From Corallochytrium limacisporum Hawaii (Eukaryota > Protista > Pluriformea), in the NCBI GenBank assembly GCA_002811645.1, contig PDIP01000014.1:121633-185632 (forward strand): a stretch of DNA of 64,000 nucleotides, written 5' to 3'. Both the position numbers and the translations under genes were made by a program. Shown piece after piece: positions 63,953 to 64,000 of the stretch. Position 1 is the first letter of the stretch. Every line of letters starts with the position of its first letter. The notes under the pieces were generated by a model. That model was not told the origin of the DNA, did not search any database, and was given only the letters and a program-made list of their open reading frames with translations.

Positions 63953-64000
63953 CTTTTTACCGGCGCGGGGCCTTCCACTTCCCCCCTTTTCTTGTTGGTT

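Noticed and set aside
1-64000. CRISPR arrays, rRNA, intact transposons or prokaryotic operon-type systems
   Set aside because: No repeat-spacer array, rRNA signature, transposase/RT/integrase ORF or terminal repeats seen; gene content is eukaryotic.

Overview
Eukaryotic nuclear DNA (standard code, about 50% GC) with about 19 protein-coding genes, none of which needs an intron inside its CDS. Housekeeping genes: sugar-porter MFS (partial), ARPC1, MSS4/RABIF, patatin TAG lipase, COG6, BCKDHB, proteasome alpha-3, eIF2B-alpha and an M16 peptidase. These sit beside an unusual mixture. The animal-type proteins are a full-architecture TANGO1/MIA3-like ER-export receptor, a CNK-like SAM-CRIC-PDZ scaffold, a TPR-containing UNC-45, a short MEF2 and a compact ARID1/BAF250. 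The fungal-type protein is a Gti1/Pac2 (WOPR) transcription factor. This mosaic plus the absence of introns best fits a unicellular holozoan (e.g. a Corallochytrium-like or ichthyosporean organism); that is inference, not an identification. The most interesting locus is the divergent WOPR / TANGO1-like pair followed by the CNK-like gene. The WOPR gene is flanked by about 10 kb and about 5 kb of DNA with no credible gene, in an otherwise tightly packed region. I found no tRNA, rRNA, snRNA, CRISPR array or intact mobile element. All family assignments come from motif recognition by eye; no database search was run.
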